Assembly: GCA_023230565.1 (NCBI GenBank)
Contig: JALNXD010000005.1
Span: forward strand, 1,169-65,168
Origin: Syntrophales bacterium
GTDB lineage: Bacteria; Desulfobacterota; Syntrophia; Syntrophales; UBA2210
DNA: 64,000 nt
Direction of reading: 5' to 3'
A program made the position numbers and the translations under genes. The first letter of the stretch is position 1. Every line of letters starts with the position of its first letter. The notes beneath the pieces were generated by a model that was not told the DNA's origin, made no database searches, and saw nothing but the letters and a program-made list of their open reading frames with translations. This document shows, in pieces, positions 20,485 to 29,792 of this stretch.

Positions 20485-22725
20485 ATGTTTTTTTTTGATC
20501 GGTTTGGACAGGATTATTATCTTATTGCACCTCTTACAGGTTTTTTTGTTTTTGTCGTTCTTGCTATACTTGCCCTTCTTAGAGGAGGCAGAAGCCGCAC
20601 TAACAGGCTTTTTGCCGGAATCTGTATTCTCGGCGGATTGATCAATCTGGATGTGGCCATAATATCCGCGATCCCTGACGAGAGAGTCGCACTCGCTGTT
20701 GACAGATTAACCTATCTCTTTTTCGTTTTCAGTATCCCGATCTACATAAAATTCGTACATTCTTATCTCTCGATAAACCGCAGATGGATTGATCTGACGG
20801 CATATGCATCCAGTATTTTTCTGCTTATTTTCACACAAACAGATTTTTTCATCAGCGGTATCAATATTTATTCATGGGGTAGAATCGCAAGAGCGGGTCC
20901 TCTGTATTATATATTTGTTATGGCAGGATCTTTTGCAGTTATATACTGCCTTATCATCCTTTTCATTGCAGCGAAGAGGGCGAAGCGCAGCCAAAAACGA
21001 AACAGGATCAAATATGTAATTGCAGGGTTGGGTGCAAGTACTTTTCTTATACTTCTCAATGCCATTCCTGTCAGCGGCATGCCTTTCTACCCGCCCGGCA
21101 ATTTCAGCTTCATCCCCGCTATTGTGCTGGCCTTCGGTGTTCTGAAATACGATCTGCTCGATCTGGATTCAGTGATATGGAAGGGAGCCGTTTATGGGGC
21201 ACTAACAATAATAATGTCTGCAGTATATGTACTTATATTATATTTATTCAACCTCTGCTTTATAAAATTAACTTCAAATCACCCGTTTATTTTACCGCTC
21301 ATTTTATCTCTTATGATTGTTTTTCTTTTTGATCCTTTAAGAAGGGGAATTCAGAGCCTTTTTGACACCCTTTTTTTAAGAGGCAAATACGATTACCGAA
21401 ACACTCTGAAGCGGACAAGCGGAACTCTTACATCGATTCTGAAGATTGATGAGATTGCGGAATTCCTGCTCGAATCAACATATTCCGATCTCGGTGTGAG
21501 GAATGTATCTCTTTTGCTTATTAATGAAATCGAGATGAAACTTACATTGTTTCGTGCCAAAGGAGCACATTTCCCGAAAATCTCAATAGAACCTGCTCAC
21601 TATGTACATACGGTTACTGAGTATTTCAGGATTTTCAGTGATCCGGCAACGCGTGAACAGATAAGAGTCAAGAACACTGAATATTCTTTAAAAAAAAGAA
21701 TGATGTCCTTCTGTGACGAAACCGAATCTGCGCTTCTGGTTCCTCTGATTTTTAAAAATGCCTTGAAGGGTCTTCTGATGCTGGGAGAAAAGCGCTCCGG
21801 TGAACTATTTGTGCCGGAAGATATCGAACTGCTTTCCACCATTGCCAATCAGGCAGCCATAGCGATAGAAAATGCATCAAGCTATGAAAAAATCGAAAAA
21901 ATAAATGTAACTCTTGAAAAGAAGGTTGAAGAGAGAACTGCGGATCTCAGGGAAGTTCTCGTTCAGAAAGAAAGAACACAGAAGCAGTTAATAGTGTCAG
22001 AGAGCCTGGCCGCTATCGGTCAACTTGTTGCCGGTACGGCTCACGAGTTAAACAATCCCCTTGCCAGTGCGTCAAGTCTTATAGAATCAAGTTTGGAAAC
22101 TATTGCAGACGTTGCACCGAAGTACGAAAAGCATTCTGAGATAGTCGAGGACCTGAAATTTTCCCTGAATGAACTCAATAGGGCGGCACACATCGTGCGA
22201 AGCCTCTTGAGCCTTTCTCGTCAAACACATACGTATGTTGAATCTGTTGACGTAAACGAAGTTTTAGAAGATGCTCTTCGAGTTCTCAGAAATAAATATA
22301 AGCACCTTAATGTAAAAATAGAACGTAAATTTGATGAATCCTGCCCGGAGATTGAAGGAAATTTCGCCAACCTCGGGCAGGTGTTTATAAACATAATAAA
22401 GAATGCACTCCAGGCTCTGCCGGAATCCGGTGGTCGCATAGATCTGATCACCCGAAATGACGAATTCAATAAAACTGTTCAAATTAAATGCCGCGATAAC
22501 GGTTCGGGAATAGCGGACCATTATCAGCAAAAAATTTTCGAACCTTTTTTTACAACAAAAAATGTAGGTGACGGTACAGGTTTGGGACTTTACATTTCTC
22601 ATGAAATTATCAGGCGCCACAATGGTGCGATTCATATCTCGAGCAAAGAAGGAATCGGAACGGATGTTACCGTTGAATTGCCCATTGTTCAAGGAGAATG
22701 TCATGGTAGGTCTTCTGGTTGTTGA
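20485..22725 (+). CDS. membrane sensor histidine kinase (multi-TM N-domain, GAF-like region, HisKA, HATPase)
   Basis: 746-aa ORF. The first ~300 aa contain multiple hydrophobic helices. The H-box is AGTAHELNNPL, with N/G boxes (NIIKNALQA, DNGSGI, GTGLGL). Confidence 0.85.
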   Translation: MFFFDRFGQDYYLIAPLTGFFVFVVLAILALLRGGRSRTNRLFAGICILGGLINLDVAIISAIPDERVALAVDRLTYLFFVFSIPIYIKFVHSYLSINRRWIDLTAYASSIFLLIFTQTDFFISGINIYSWGRIARAGPLYYIFVMAGSFAVIYCLIILFIAAKRAKRSQKRNRIKYVIAGLGASTFLILLNAIPVSGMPFYPPGNFSFIPAIVLAFGVLKYDLLDLDSVIWKGAVYGALTIIMSAVYVLILYLFNLCFIKLTSNHPFILPLILSLMIVFLFDPLRRGIQSLFDTLFLRGKYDYRNTLKRTSGTLTSILKIDEIAEFLLESTYSDLGVRNVSLLLINEIEMKLTLFRAKGAHFPKISIEPAHYVHTVTEYFRIFSDPATREQIRVKNTEYSLKKRMMSFCDETESALLVPLIFKNALKGLLMLGEKRSGELFVPEDIELLSTIANQAAIAIENASSYEKIEKINVTLEKKVEERTADLREVLVQKERTQKQLIVSESLAAIGQLVAGTAHELNNPLASASSLIESSLETIADVAPKYEKHSEIVEDLKFSLNELNRAAHIVRSLLSLSRQTHTYVESVDVNEVLEDALRVLRNKYKHLNVKIERKFDESCPEIEGNFANLGQVFINIIKNALQALPESGGRIDLITRNDEFNKTVQIKCRDNGSGIADHYQQKIFEPFFTTKNVGDGTGLGLYISHEIIRRHNGAIHISSKEGIGTDVTVELPIVQGECHGRSSGC

Positions 22726-23716
22726 CGATGAAGAAGGGGTTCGCAAGTCGGTGAAAAAAGTTCTCGAACGAGAGGGATATACAATATTTCTTGCAGAGGA
22801 CGGCCGGCAGGCTATCAAGATTGTCAGTGAGAATCTTCTTTCCATCGAAACGGTAATATCAGATTACCGGATGCCCGGAATAGACGGACTGGAAACGCTT
22901 ATTGAGGTGGGGAAATTAAATCCTGAGATTACAAGAATAATGCTCACCGGCTACGCAACAATGGAAAGTGCAATTGAATCGGTAAATGCCGGTATAGACG
23001 GTTTCCTGACCAAACCGTTTTCGAATGTGGAACTGAGGGCAAAAGTGAGGGAATACATACTAAAGAAAAGACTGAAACAGTTCGTTTCCGAAAAGGTGCT
23101 GTTGGAATTGCAGAGTCGCAGTGAAAGGATAGAGCTTGTCCGAAAAGAAGTGAGTGTACTTTTCTGTGATATCAGGGGGTTTACGGACCTGTCCGAAAAG
23201 CTGGATACCGGGGAGCTTTCTGAAAGACTCAACACCGACTATTTCACTCCTGTCGATGCCGTAATCTGCGGCCATGACGGTATGCTGGACAAACACATCG
23301 GTGACGGCATTATGGCCATATTCGGAGCCCCTGCCGATTGTGGAAATTCGGCTGAAAAAGCAGTACACTGTGCACTGTCAATAGTTGAAACAATGTCACA
23401 CATAAACAAGCGTCTGGAACAGACTTCAGGGTACGTTATCGAGGTGGGGATCGGAATCAGTACGGGAGAAGTCATGGCCGGAATCTTCGGTTCATGCCGC
23501 AAACGGGAATATACGGTTTTTGGTCAGCCAGTAAATATTGCTGCCAGGCTCGAGACGATTGCAAAGGCACACCAAGTGCTTATATGTGAAACCACGTATC
23601 GAAGGCTTTATGAAAGTATTATCGTTGAAAAAAAAGAAAAAGCCCATCTTAAGGGAATCAGATCGAATCTTGGTGTTTACGAGGTTCTTGGAAAATATGC
23701 TTCTAAAACATCTTGA
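22703..23716 (+). CDS. response regulator with class III adenylate cyclase output domain
   Basis: The start is trimmed to ATG 22703, 6 nt after AAGGAG. The REC domain has LLVVDDEEG and ISDYRMPGIDG. The cyclase domain has VLFCDIRGFT, DKHIGDGIMAIFG and FGQPVNIAARLE. Confidence 0.85.
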   Translation: MVGLLVVDDEEGVRKSVKKVLEREGYTIFLAEDGRQAIKIVSENLLSIETVISDYRMPGIDGLETLIEVGKLNPEITRIMLTGYATMESAIESVNAGIDGFLTKPFSNVELRAKVREYILKKRLKQFVSEKVLLELQSRSERIELVRKEVSVLFCDIRGFTDLSEKLDTGELSERLNTDYFTPVDAVICGHDGMLDKHIGDGIMAIFGAPADCGNSAEKAVHCALSIVETMSHINKRLEQTSGYVIEVGIGISTGEVMAGIFGSCRKREYTVFGQPVNIAARLETIAKAHQVLICETTYRRLYESIIVEKKEKAHLKGIRSNLGVYEVLGKYASKTS

Positions 23717-23741
23717 CATAGGAGCTCGATTGATTTATGTT
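23713..23741 (+). promoter_or_regulatory. candidate sigma70 promoter for tRNA-fMet
   Basis: TTGACA (23713-23718), a 17-nt spacer, then TATGTT (23736-23741). It sits about 20 nt upstream of the tRNA 5' end. Confidence 0.45.
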
Positions 23742-23763
23742 CACACACTCTGAACGCAATTGA

Positions 23764-23840
<77 letters not shown>

Positions 23841-23849
23841 TAAAATCAA

Positions 23850-23887
23850 GGGGTTACGGAGATTGTTCTCCGTAGCCCCTTCCTTTT
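23850..23887 (+). terminator. intrinsic terminator after the tRNA
   Basis: 13-bp stem (GGGGTTACGGAGA / TCTCCGTAGCCCC) with a 4-nt loop, then TTCCTTTT. Confidence 0.7.
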
Positions 23888-23980
23888 GACAAAAATAGGA
23901 CAAAAAAAGCAAAATGGAAAAAATAAACCGGAATGTTATCAACATGATAGGTATCTATTCGTAATAATTGTAAATAATAC

Positions 23981-24008
23981 TTGACAGTAATACATTGCAT
24001 CTCATAAT
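23981..24008 (+). promoter_or_regulatory. candidate sigma70 promoter for the hybrid kinase
   Basis: TTGACA (23981-23986), a 16-nt spacer, then CATAAT (24003-24008). Confidence 0.4.
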
Positions 24009-24123
24009 CTATGCGTTCAAAATCACGTTGCGCTGTTCTTAGTTCCTCATCCACTGCTTGCGATCCGATGCTTCATTTTATTCGAAGAACATGTCATTAG
24101 TGTTCTTCGAGGGGGGAATTCAA

Positions 24124-25692
24124 GTGAAGAAATCTTCTCGAAATGTACGTCTAGTAAAGGATAAATTTTCAACAAAAGATCATACGAGTATATTGAATAT
24201 GATCGACGAGCCGTTTTGCATCGTTGAAATGATTTTTGATGAAAACGACAAGCCGATCGACAATTGTTTCCTCGAAGTGAATTCGGCCTTTGAAAGGCAA
24301 ACTGGACTTACCGATGTGGTCGGAAAGAGGATGAGTGAACTTGTGCCGACTCACGAGAACGAGTGGTTCGAGATTTTCGGTAAGGTCGCTTTGACGGGCA
24401 ATCCGATTCGCTTTCAGAGGGCTGCGAAAAATGTAAATCGATTCTATGATGTATACGCCTTCCGTGTAGGCCAGGTCGAGAAACGGCAGGTGGCGATTCT
24501 TTTCAATGATATAACACATCGAAAACACGCAGAGAAAGCAATCGTTTTGCGTCAAAATAAGCTTGAGCGCCTTGTAAAAGAGTGTACGGCCGAACTTGAA
24601 GAAAAGGCCACGCAACTTTCCCGGCTTTCCACTCAACTGACGCTGGCCGAACAGCGCGAACGCCGACGTCTTGCTGAGATTATTCATGATCACGTCCAAC
24701 AGCTTATCGTAAGTGCAAGGTTTCATGTAGAAGCTCTGGCAGAGCGGTTAAAAAATGGAAATGAAACAAATTGCAACAAGATCATCCATATATTGAGCGA
24801 TTGCGAAAAAATCATGCGTTCGCTGAATGCGCAACTCTCTCCCAATGTTCTGTATGAAAGAGGACTGAAAGCCGGAATGAGGTGGCTGGTACGCAACATG
24901 GCCGACATGTACAAGCTGCGCATAGATACTCATATAGATTCGAGTATATTGGTTGAGCGGGATGATGTGAAGGTGCTTTTGTTTGAATCCGTGCGCGAGA
25001 TCCTTTTCAATGCGGCTAAACATGCCGGTACATCATCTGTCAGCATAAAAATGGTCAAAGACGATAAAGAAAATGTTTGTATAACGATAAGCGATCAAGG
25101 GGTCGGATTTAATCCGAAGCATCTTTTTAAAAATACCAGAGACGATACACGTTTCGGTTTGTTAAGCATTCGAGAACGGTTGGAGATCATCGGAGGAAAA
25201 CTAAAAATCGAGAGCTCTCCCGGAAAAGGCTCGGCCTTCCATCTGATCGTTCCCATGAAAAACGTAGTGGACAATTTCGTTTCAGAAGGAGATAATTGTA
25301 ATATGACATTCGGAGGAGTTAACGTAATTAGAGTCTTTCTGGCAGACGACCACACTGTAATGAGAGAGGGCCTTTCGTCCCTCCTGGGGTGCCACTCTGA
25401 CATAAAGGTAATCGGGGAGGCTGAGAACGGCGAGGAAGCCGTTCAAAAGGTGAGGCAGCTTAAACCCGAAGTGGTGCTTATGGACATTAAAATGCCTCAA
25501 ATGGATGGAATCGAAGCGACCAGACTGATCCATTTGGAATTTCCGGACATAAAAATAATCGGGTTATCGATGTTCCATGAAGAAGAGCTTGTGAACGGCA
25601 TATTGAATGCGGGTGCTGTGGCGTTCGTAAATAAAAACGAACCTTCAAGCGTCCTCCTCAAAGCCATCAGGAATTCGATGGATCAAAGTTAA
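24124..25692 (+). CDS. hybrid sensor kinase: PAS, HisKA_3, HATPase and a C-terminal NarL-type receiver without HTH
   Basis: The H-box IHDHVQQL is the HisKA_3 type, and the ATPase region has DQGVGF and GKGSAF. The REC domain has VFLADDH and LMDIKMPQMDG. GTG 24124 follows GAGGGGGG; the ORF is open from 24058. Confidence 0.8.
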   Translation: MKKSSRNVRLVKDKFSTKDHTSILNMIDEPFCIVEMIFDENDKPIDNCFLEVNSAFERQTGLTDVVGKRMSELVPTHENEWFEIFGKVALTGNPIRFQRAAKNVNRFYDVYAFRVGQVEKRQVAILFNDITHRKHAEKAIVLRQNKLERLVKECTAELEEKATQLSRLSTQLTLAEQRERRRLAEIIHDHVQQLIVSARFHVEALAERLKNGNETNCNKIIHILSDCEKIMRSLNAQLSPNVLYERGLKAGMRWLVRNMADMYKLRIDTHIDSSILVERDDVKVLLFESVREILFNAAKHAGTSSVSIKMVKDDKENVCITISDQGVGFNPKHLFKNTRDDTRFGLLSIRERLEIIGGKLKIESSPGKGSAFHLIVPMKNVVDNFVSEGDNCNMTFGGVNVIRVFLADDHTVMREGLSSLLGCHSDIKVIGEAENGEEAVQKVRQLKPEVVLMDIKMPQMDGIEATRLIHLEFPDIKIIGLSMFHEEELVNGILNAGAVAFVNKNEPSSVLLKAIRNSMDQS

Positions 25693-25854
25693 CGTCTCGT
25701 CTTTTTTTAATAATTCCGAGCGTAGGTGTGTCTTTTTTATACAGTATCGGCTCTAATTAGGCGATGCGGCTTCCAGAACGAGGACATCCGGATCACCGGT
25801 TCCGGAGAGATCAGCTGGAGATGTATTGGAGGTGAGAAATTGATTAAACGTGGT

Positions 25855-25876
25855 GCCGGCGGCGAATCCCGCCGGC
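25855..25876. other. GC-rich hairpin in the convergent gap between the hybrid kinase and the GRE
   Basis: GCCGGCGG / CCGCCGGC 8-bp stem with a 6-nt loop. There is no clean U-tract on either strand. Confidence 0.4.
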
Positions 25877-25899
25877 ATAAAACAGAGATTTAATGTTAT

Positions 25900-28350
25900 T
25901 TACAGCCGGTGTTCATTTCTTGCTATTATCCCATCTTGCAGCGGCTTCATGAGACGGGTAAAATAGGCGCTGTATCCGGCAACCTTGACGACCAGATCCC
26001 GATAATTTTCAGGTTCCTGCTGTGCATTCTTCAAGGTCCGGGTATTTAACATGTTAAATTGCACTTGAAGAATATTTTGGTCCACAAAAGCCCTTATGAA
26101 ATCGTTAAAGCGCTTAAGTCCTCCCCGCTGCTGAAAGAAGGCGGGGTCAAATCTCATATTCAGAGTAACGCCTCCGAGCAGCTCAGCGTTATTGATTTTC
26201 CCCATACTGTTGAGCACTGCCGTAGGACCTTCGGTGTCGCAACCGGCACACGGCGACCAGGCATCTGAAAGCGGCGTGCCGTCGGTGCGTCCCGATGGCA
26301 GCGCGCCCACTACCCAGCCTCCGAACATATAATACTGAAGAGGTCCTCCCATCGGGACAGCAAAGCCGCCGCGCGTATTTTTCTGTTTTGATGCTTCTTC
26401 GGCAAACACATGGCTTACCCAGGCTACCTGCTCATCTGCCTCGTCTCTGTCATTTCCGAATTTCGGCATCTCTTTGAGTTTGCGATGCAGGGCTTCGTAG
26501 CCTTCAAAATTGGCTTCCAGAGCTTCACACAATTCTTTCATTGAAACCTTTTTCTCATCAAAGACAAGCTTTCGGATAGCAATAAGGGAGTCGCCTGCGT
26601 CAGTTGATCCGGCACCTACTATAAGAGGATTGAAATTGTAACGTGCCCCCCCTTCTTCACGAGATATACCATTGGCAATGCAATCCTCTATCAGGGCCGA
26701 TTCAAACGGTGTCGGAACAAGATCAGCCAGAGTTTTTTCCAGAATATTACTTGTTTCGGTGTAATTCTTGAGCATGAAGTCAAGCTGCTTACGATAGGCA
26801 TTCTTGAGGTCGTCGAATGTCGAGAACTTGGCAGGATCGCCTGTATCCAGCCCGATTTTCTTTTTGTAATGCCTGCTTGAGCCGTTGGTGAGTACGAGTT
26901 CTAAAATTGCTGCCAGATTCACATATCCACCGAAGCTGTATCCCGCATCCATACCTGAGATAACAGGTTCATAACATCCCACAGGTGTTGCCGTTCGCGC
27001 CAAAGCAAGTGTGACCGGAGGACCGCCCATCGAACCGCGCGCCAGCATCTGCGTCGTAAGGACATCGGCATTCAGATATACAGGATGGCCCATTCCCAGG
27101 GAGCACAATTCACCAGCCTTTTGGAGCAGTTTTTCAGACGTTCGTGCGTGGACAAGAAGACTCAGGTAGGGTTCAGCGAGGCGGACATGCTTCATCCCCT
27201 CAATTAGCATATAGGTGATCTCATTCGTACCGTCGCGACCATCCTCGCGGTATCCGCCCAGCGCTACATGGGTGGCACGGTTCACATGATTCAGTTTTAT
27301 GAGATAGCATTCAATCAGTTCCTGTGCATCTTCTTCAGTCAGTCCGTTTCGCTCTGTGTCATCGAGCAAATATTTGCAGAGATACTGATCGATTCTGCCC
27401 GGTGTCTGAGAAATAATTCGTGGTGCCTCCCAGCTGAGAATTGCCTGAGTAAGGCAGAGGGACTGCAGGGCTTCTTGAAACGTTTTGGCGGGATGAGCCG
27501 GAACTCTCTCGCATATTTCCGCTATTTTCAATAACTCATTTTTGCGCTTTGCATTTTTTTCCTTTACTGAAAGTTCCCTGGCCAGCCTTGCATACCTGCA
27601 GCCGATTTGTGAAGCAGCATCCATGGCAATAATCACCGCAGTGAGAAATTGCTTCTTGTTCTGATCTTTATCTTCAATTTTTGCCAGTGCGATTTCGGCA
27701 TCATTTTTTATTCCTAAAAATCCTTTTTCAAGTACTTTTCTGTAATTGACGGAATTATGACCATAGTGGTTTTCCGCTCCGAAAAACGGAGTGTAAATAA
27801 GCGATTGTTTCGGAGGAAACACAGCTCTATCAATAAATAGAAGTTCTTTAAGTCGATCCGGTACTTTTGAGTAGCTGTATCCCGTCTGGGTTCTGATCCA
27901 GTCGCCATTACCCCGCCAATAGGGGACTATTTCTTCAAGGAATTCCTTCTGATCACTCTCAGGGAAGTCTTTCAGCCCGTACTCCACAGTATCCATCAGC
28001 AGCGGGGCCAATCGCTTACCCGCTACTAATGCAGGGCAGTCCTCGGTAATGACATCCCTGCACAGGGGTCTGATGCCTGCGTGTCCGACGATCAATTCGT
28101 CTTCTCCAATAGTAATAGGCATCCCTTTTGAGATAGCGGCAAAAACTTTTGCCCGCCTGATTATCATTGGTTCACCTTCAGATTGAATCATCTCTCTGGT
28201 TTCGATTCTCAATCTATCTATAGATGCAGTCTGCTGAATTTCCAGATGGCGCTCTCTAAGGCGCTTTATTCTTGGCCGGACTTCCGTTGCCGCAGTGTTG
28301 TTACGGATGTTTCCCAAATCTTCTTTTCTGACAGATACCGGTATTGACAT
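25900..28350 (-). CDS. glycyl-radical enzyme, PFL2/dehydratase-like clade, substrate unknown
   Basis: 816-aa ORF with the C-terminal glycyl radical motif VVKVAGYSAYF (Gly792, codon 25977-25975) and the Cys loop PVGCYEP (Cys459, codon 26976-26974). The N-terminal RIKRLRER...IIRRAKVF...DELIVGH is typical of non-PFL GREs. Confidence 0.9.
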   Translation of the reverse strand: MSIPVSVRKEDLGNIRNNTAATEVRPRIKRLRERHLEIQQTASIDRLRIETREMIQSEGEPMIIRRAKVFAAISKGMPITIGEDELIVGHAGIRPLCRDVITEDCPALVAGKRLAPLLMDTVEYGLKDFPESDQKEFLEEIVPYWRGNGDWIRTQTGYSYSKVPDRLKELLFIDRAVFPPKQSLIYTPFFGAENHYGHNSVNYRKVLEKGFLGIKNDAEIALAKIEDKDQNKKQFLTAVIIAMDAASQIGCRYARLARELSVKEKNAKRKNELLKIAEICERVPAHPAKTFQEALQSLCLTQAILSWEAPRIISQTPGRIDQYLCKYLLDDTERNGLTEEDAQELIECYLIKLNHVNRATHVALGGYREDGRDGTNEITYMLIEGMKHVRLAEPYLSLLVHARTSEKLLQKAGELCSLGMGHPVYLNADVLTTQMLARGSMGGPPVTLALARTATPVGCYEPVISGMDAGYSFGGYVNLAAILELVLTNGSSRHYKKKIGLDTGDPAKFSTFDDLKNAYRKQLDFMLKNYTETSNILEKTLADLVPTPFESALIEDCIANGISREEGGARYNFNPLIVGAGSTDAGDSLIAIRKLVFDEKKVSMKELCEALEANFEGYEALHRKLKEMPKFGNDRDEADEQVAWVSHVFAEEASKQKNTRGGFAVPMGGPLQYYMFGGWVVGALPSGRTDGTPLSDAWSPCAGCDTEGPTAVLNSMGKINNAELLGGVTLNMRFDPAFFQQRGGLKRFNDFIRAFVDQNILQVQFNMLNTRTLKNAQQEPENYRDLVVKVAGYSAYFTRLMKPLQDGIIARNEHRL

Positions 28351-28409
28351 AAATCCTCCATCTTTTCATGTCGGCCGCATAATTTTGACGCAGCTTTTGA
28401 CGAAAGGAG

Positions 28410-28438
28410 AGGATAAAGGAGTGAAAGGCAGATGTCAA
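28410..28438 (-). promoter_or_regulatory. candidate sigma70 promoter for the GRE gene
   Basis: On the minus strand: TTGACA (28438-28433), a 17-nt spacer, then TATCCT (28415-28410). It lies about 60 nt upstream of the GRE ATG. Confidence 0.4.
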
Positions 28439-28616
28439 TGAAAACAGCGGAGGCAAGCTAATTTTTATATTTCAGAACTTTGTAAATTTTATCGGCTCTG
28501 GCTTCGAGGTGGGTAGATATCTGGTGAAAAGAATAAAAATGCAAATAGACACAGGGCATTTTAATCATGTACATCTGAGTGACATTCTATGAACATATAA
28601 TTCGGAAATTCTTCTT

Positions 28617-29792
28617 TTATCCCGGTATATATATTCTGAAGATCTGATCCGGCAAGATAATGGACATTTCCTCGGGAACGATTTTCTTGCCCCTGGAGTC
28701 TCTTATAAGGTGCACTGCTTCTGCGAACGGTATATCGTAGCGTTCCATGAGCTGCTTTCGGACAATTGTATAGAAATTATCGCCTTTTTTTACCCGATAC
28801 ACAAAATACGGGTTTTTCAGGCCAAACCGTTTTCTGGTCTCGGCTGCCACTGCCGGGTCTTTGACTGAGTAGGCATATTCCAATTCCAGAGCCCTTGTGA
28901 GGTCGTACACAACATTCCTGGTATACAGAACGGTTTCTTCTATAAAGGGAAATCCATCCCATGTTTTCGCACTGTTAAGCCCTGCGTTGTAGGCGGCGAT
29001 ACCACGCCACACATTCATTTCCACGGGGCCCCCAAAAACTCTCTGGCATTCAGTGATATCTCTCACTATATGTTTGACCCCTGCGGGTATGAGAAGCTCC
29101 GGGACAAATCTGGCATCGGTTTTTCCGCGTTCTTGTTCGCTCATGCTGTGGATCTTATCGACATAAGCTTTTTTGGCGGAACGCAGATTAGTAAACGCCT
29201 CCGACTTCTTTTCAGTCAGTTCCAGCAGTTCCGATCTGAGGGTATTTATCTTTTCGATGTTCTTTCCGCTTAGATTGCCGGTTCCGCATTCGGCCAGCCC
29301 GTACAATTGCGCCCGCTTCTCCGCAATTGCTGAGCGTAATTCTGAATAGGAGGATATGGATGAATTCAATTGCATAATCTCGTACGATTCGGCTACTGTC
29401 AGTCCGAATTCCCTTGCCGCAGGTTCCATCAGTTGCTGCAGCCCTACAGCGCCGGCCGAAGAGATCGCATCCCATTCGAAGTGTGACTCGTTCCAGATTT
29501 TCGCGACTTCCAACTCTATAAGGAATGGAATTTTCGACAGGTAATCGTTCTTGGGATCGGCGCATGCATCGACTATAAGATGAAAATAATGCTTCATATC
29601 CCTTGATGGAATCGCATCTATAATATGAGGATAGTCTTCCAGGCGCCTGCTCGGGGTTTTTGTAATTTTTTTAACAGAAGAACGGAAAGGAGTGGAGGCC
29701 TGCGACAGCCCGAATCCACCTGCAACTGTAAAGCCTGCTGCCGCCCCTAAAGCCTTTATGAATTGCCGTCTTTTATTGTCCTGTATTCTCAT
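28617..29792 (-). CDS. Tat-signal lytic transglycosylase (SLT domain) with C-terminal LysM-like module
   Basis: 391-aa ORF. The N-terminus NKRRQFIKALGAAAGF is a twin-arginine motif. The SLT catalytic region is ESHFEWDAISSAGAVGLQQLM, and the C-terminal YRVKKGDNFYTIVRKQ is LysM-like. Confidence 0.75.
   Translation of the reverse strand: MRIQDNKRRQFIKALGAAAGFTVAGGFGLSQASTPFRSSVKKITKTPSRRLEDYPHIIDAIPSRDMKHYFHLIVDACADPKNDYLSKIPFLIELEVAKIWNESHFEWDAISSAGAVGLQQLMEPAAREFGLTVAESYEIMQLNSSISSYSELRSAIAEKRAQLYGLAECGTGNLSGKNIEKINTLRSELLELTEKKSEAFTNLRSAKKAYVDKIHSMSEQERGKTDARFVPELLIPAGVKHIVRDITECQRVFGGPVEMNVWRGIAAYNAGLNSAKTWDGFPFIEETVLYTRNVVYDLTRALELEYAYSVKDPAVAAETRKRFGLKNPYFVYRVKKGDNFYTIVRKQLMERYDIPFAEAVHLIRDSRGKKIVPEEMSIILPDQIFRIYIPG

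Noticed and set aside
22568-22702. Upstream in-frame extensions of several tracked ORFs: 22568, 40530, 61045, 9344, 45210, 46930 and 56124.
   Set aside because: In each case the extension overlaps the preceding gene or lacks homology. An internal ATG or GTG with a proper Shine-Dalgarno sequence gives the family-typical N-terminus, so the starts were trimmed.
22264-22845. 193-aa minus-strand ORF across the kinase/response-regulator junction.
   Set aside because: It is antisense to the HATPase and REC coding regions, with no features of its own.
24169-24726. 185-aa minus-strand ORF.
   Set aside because: It is antisense to the PAS/HisKA_3 region of the hybrid kinase. It is a shadow ORF.
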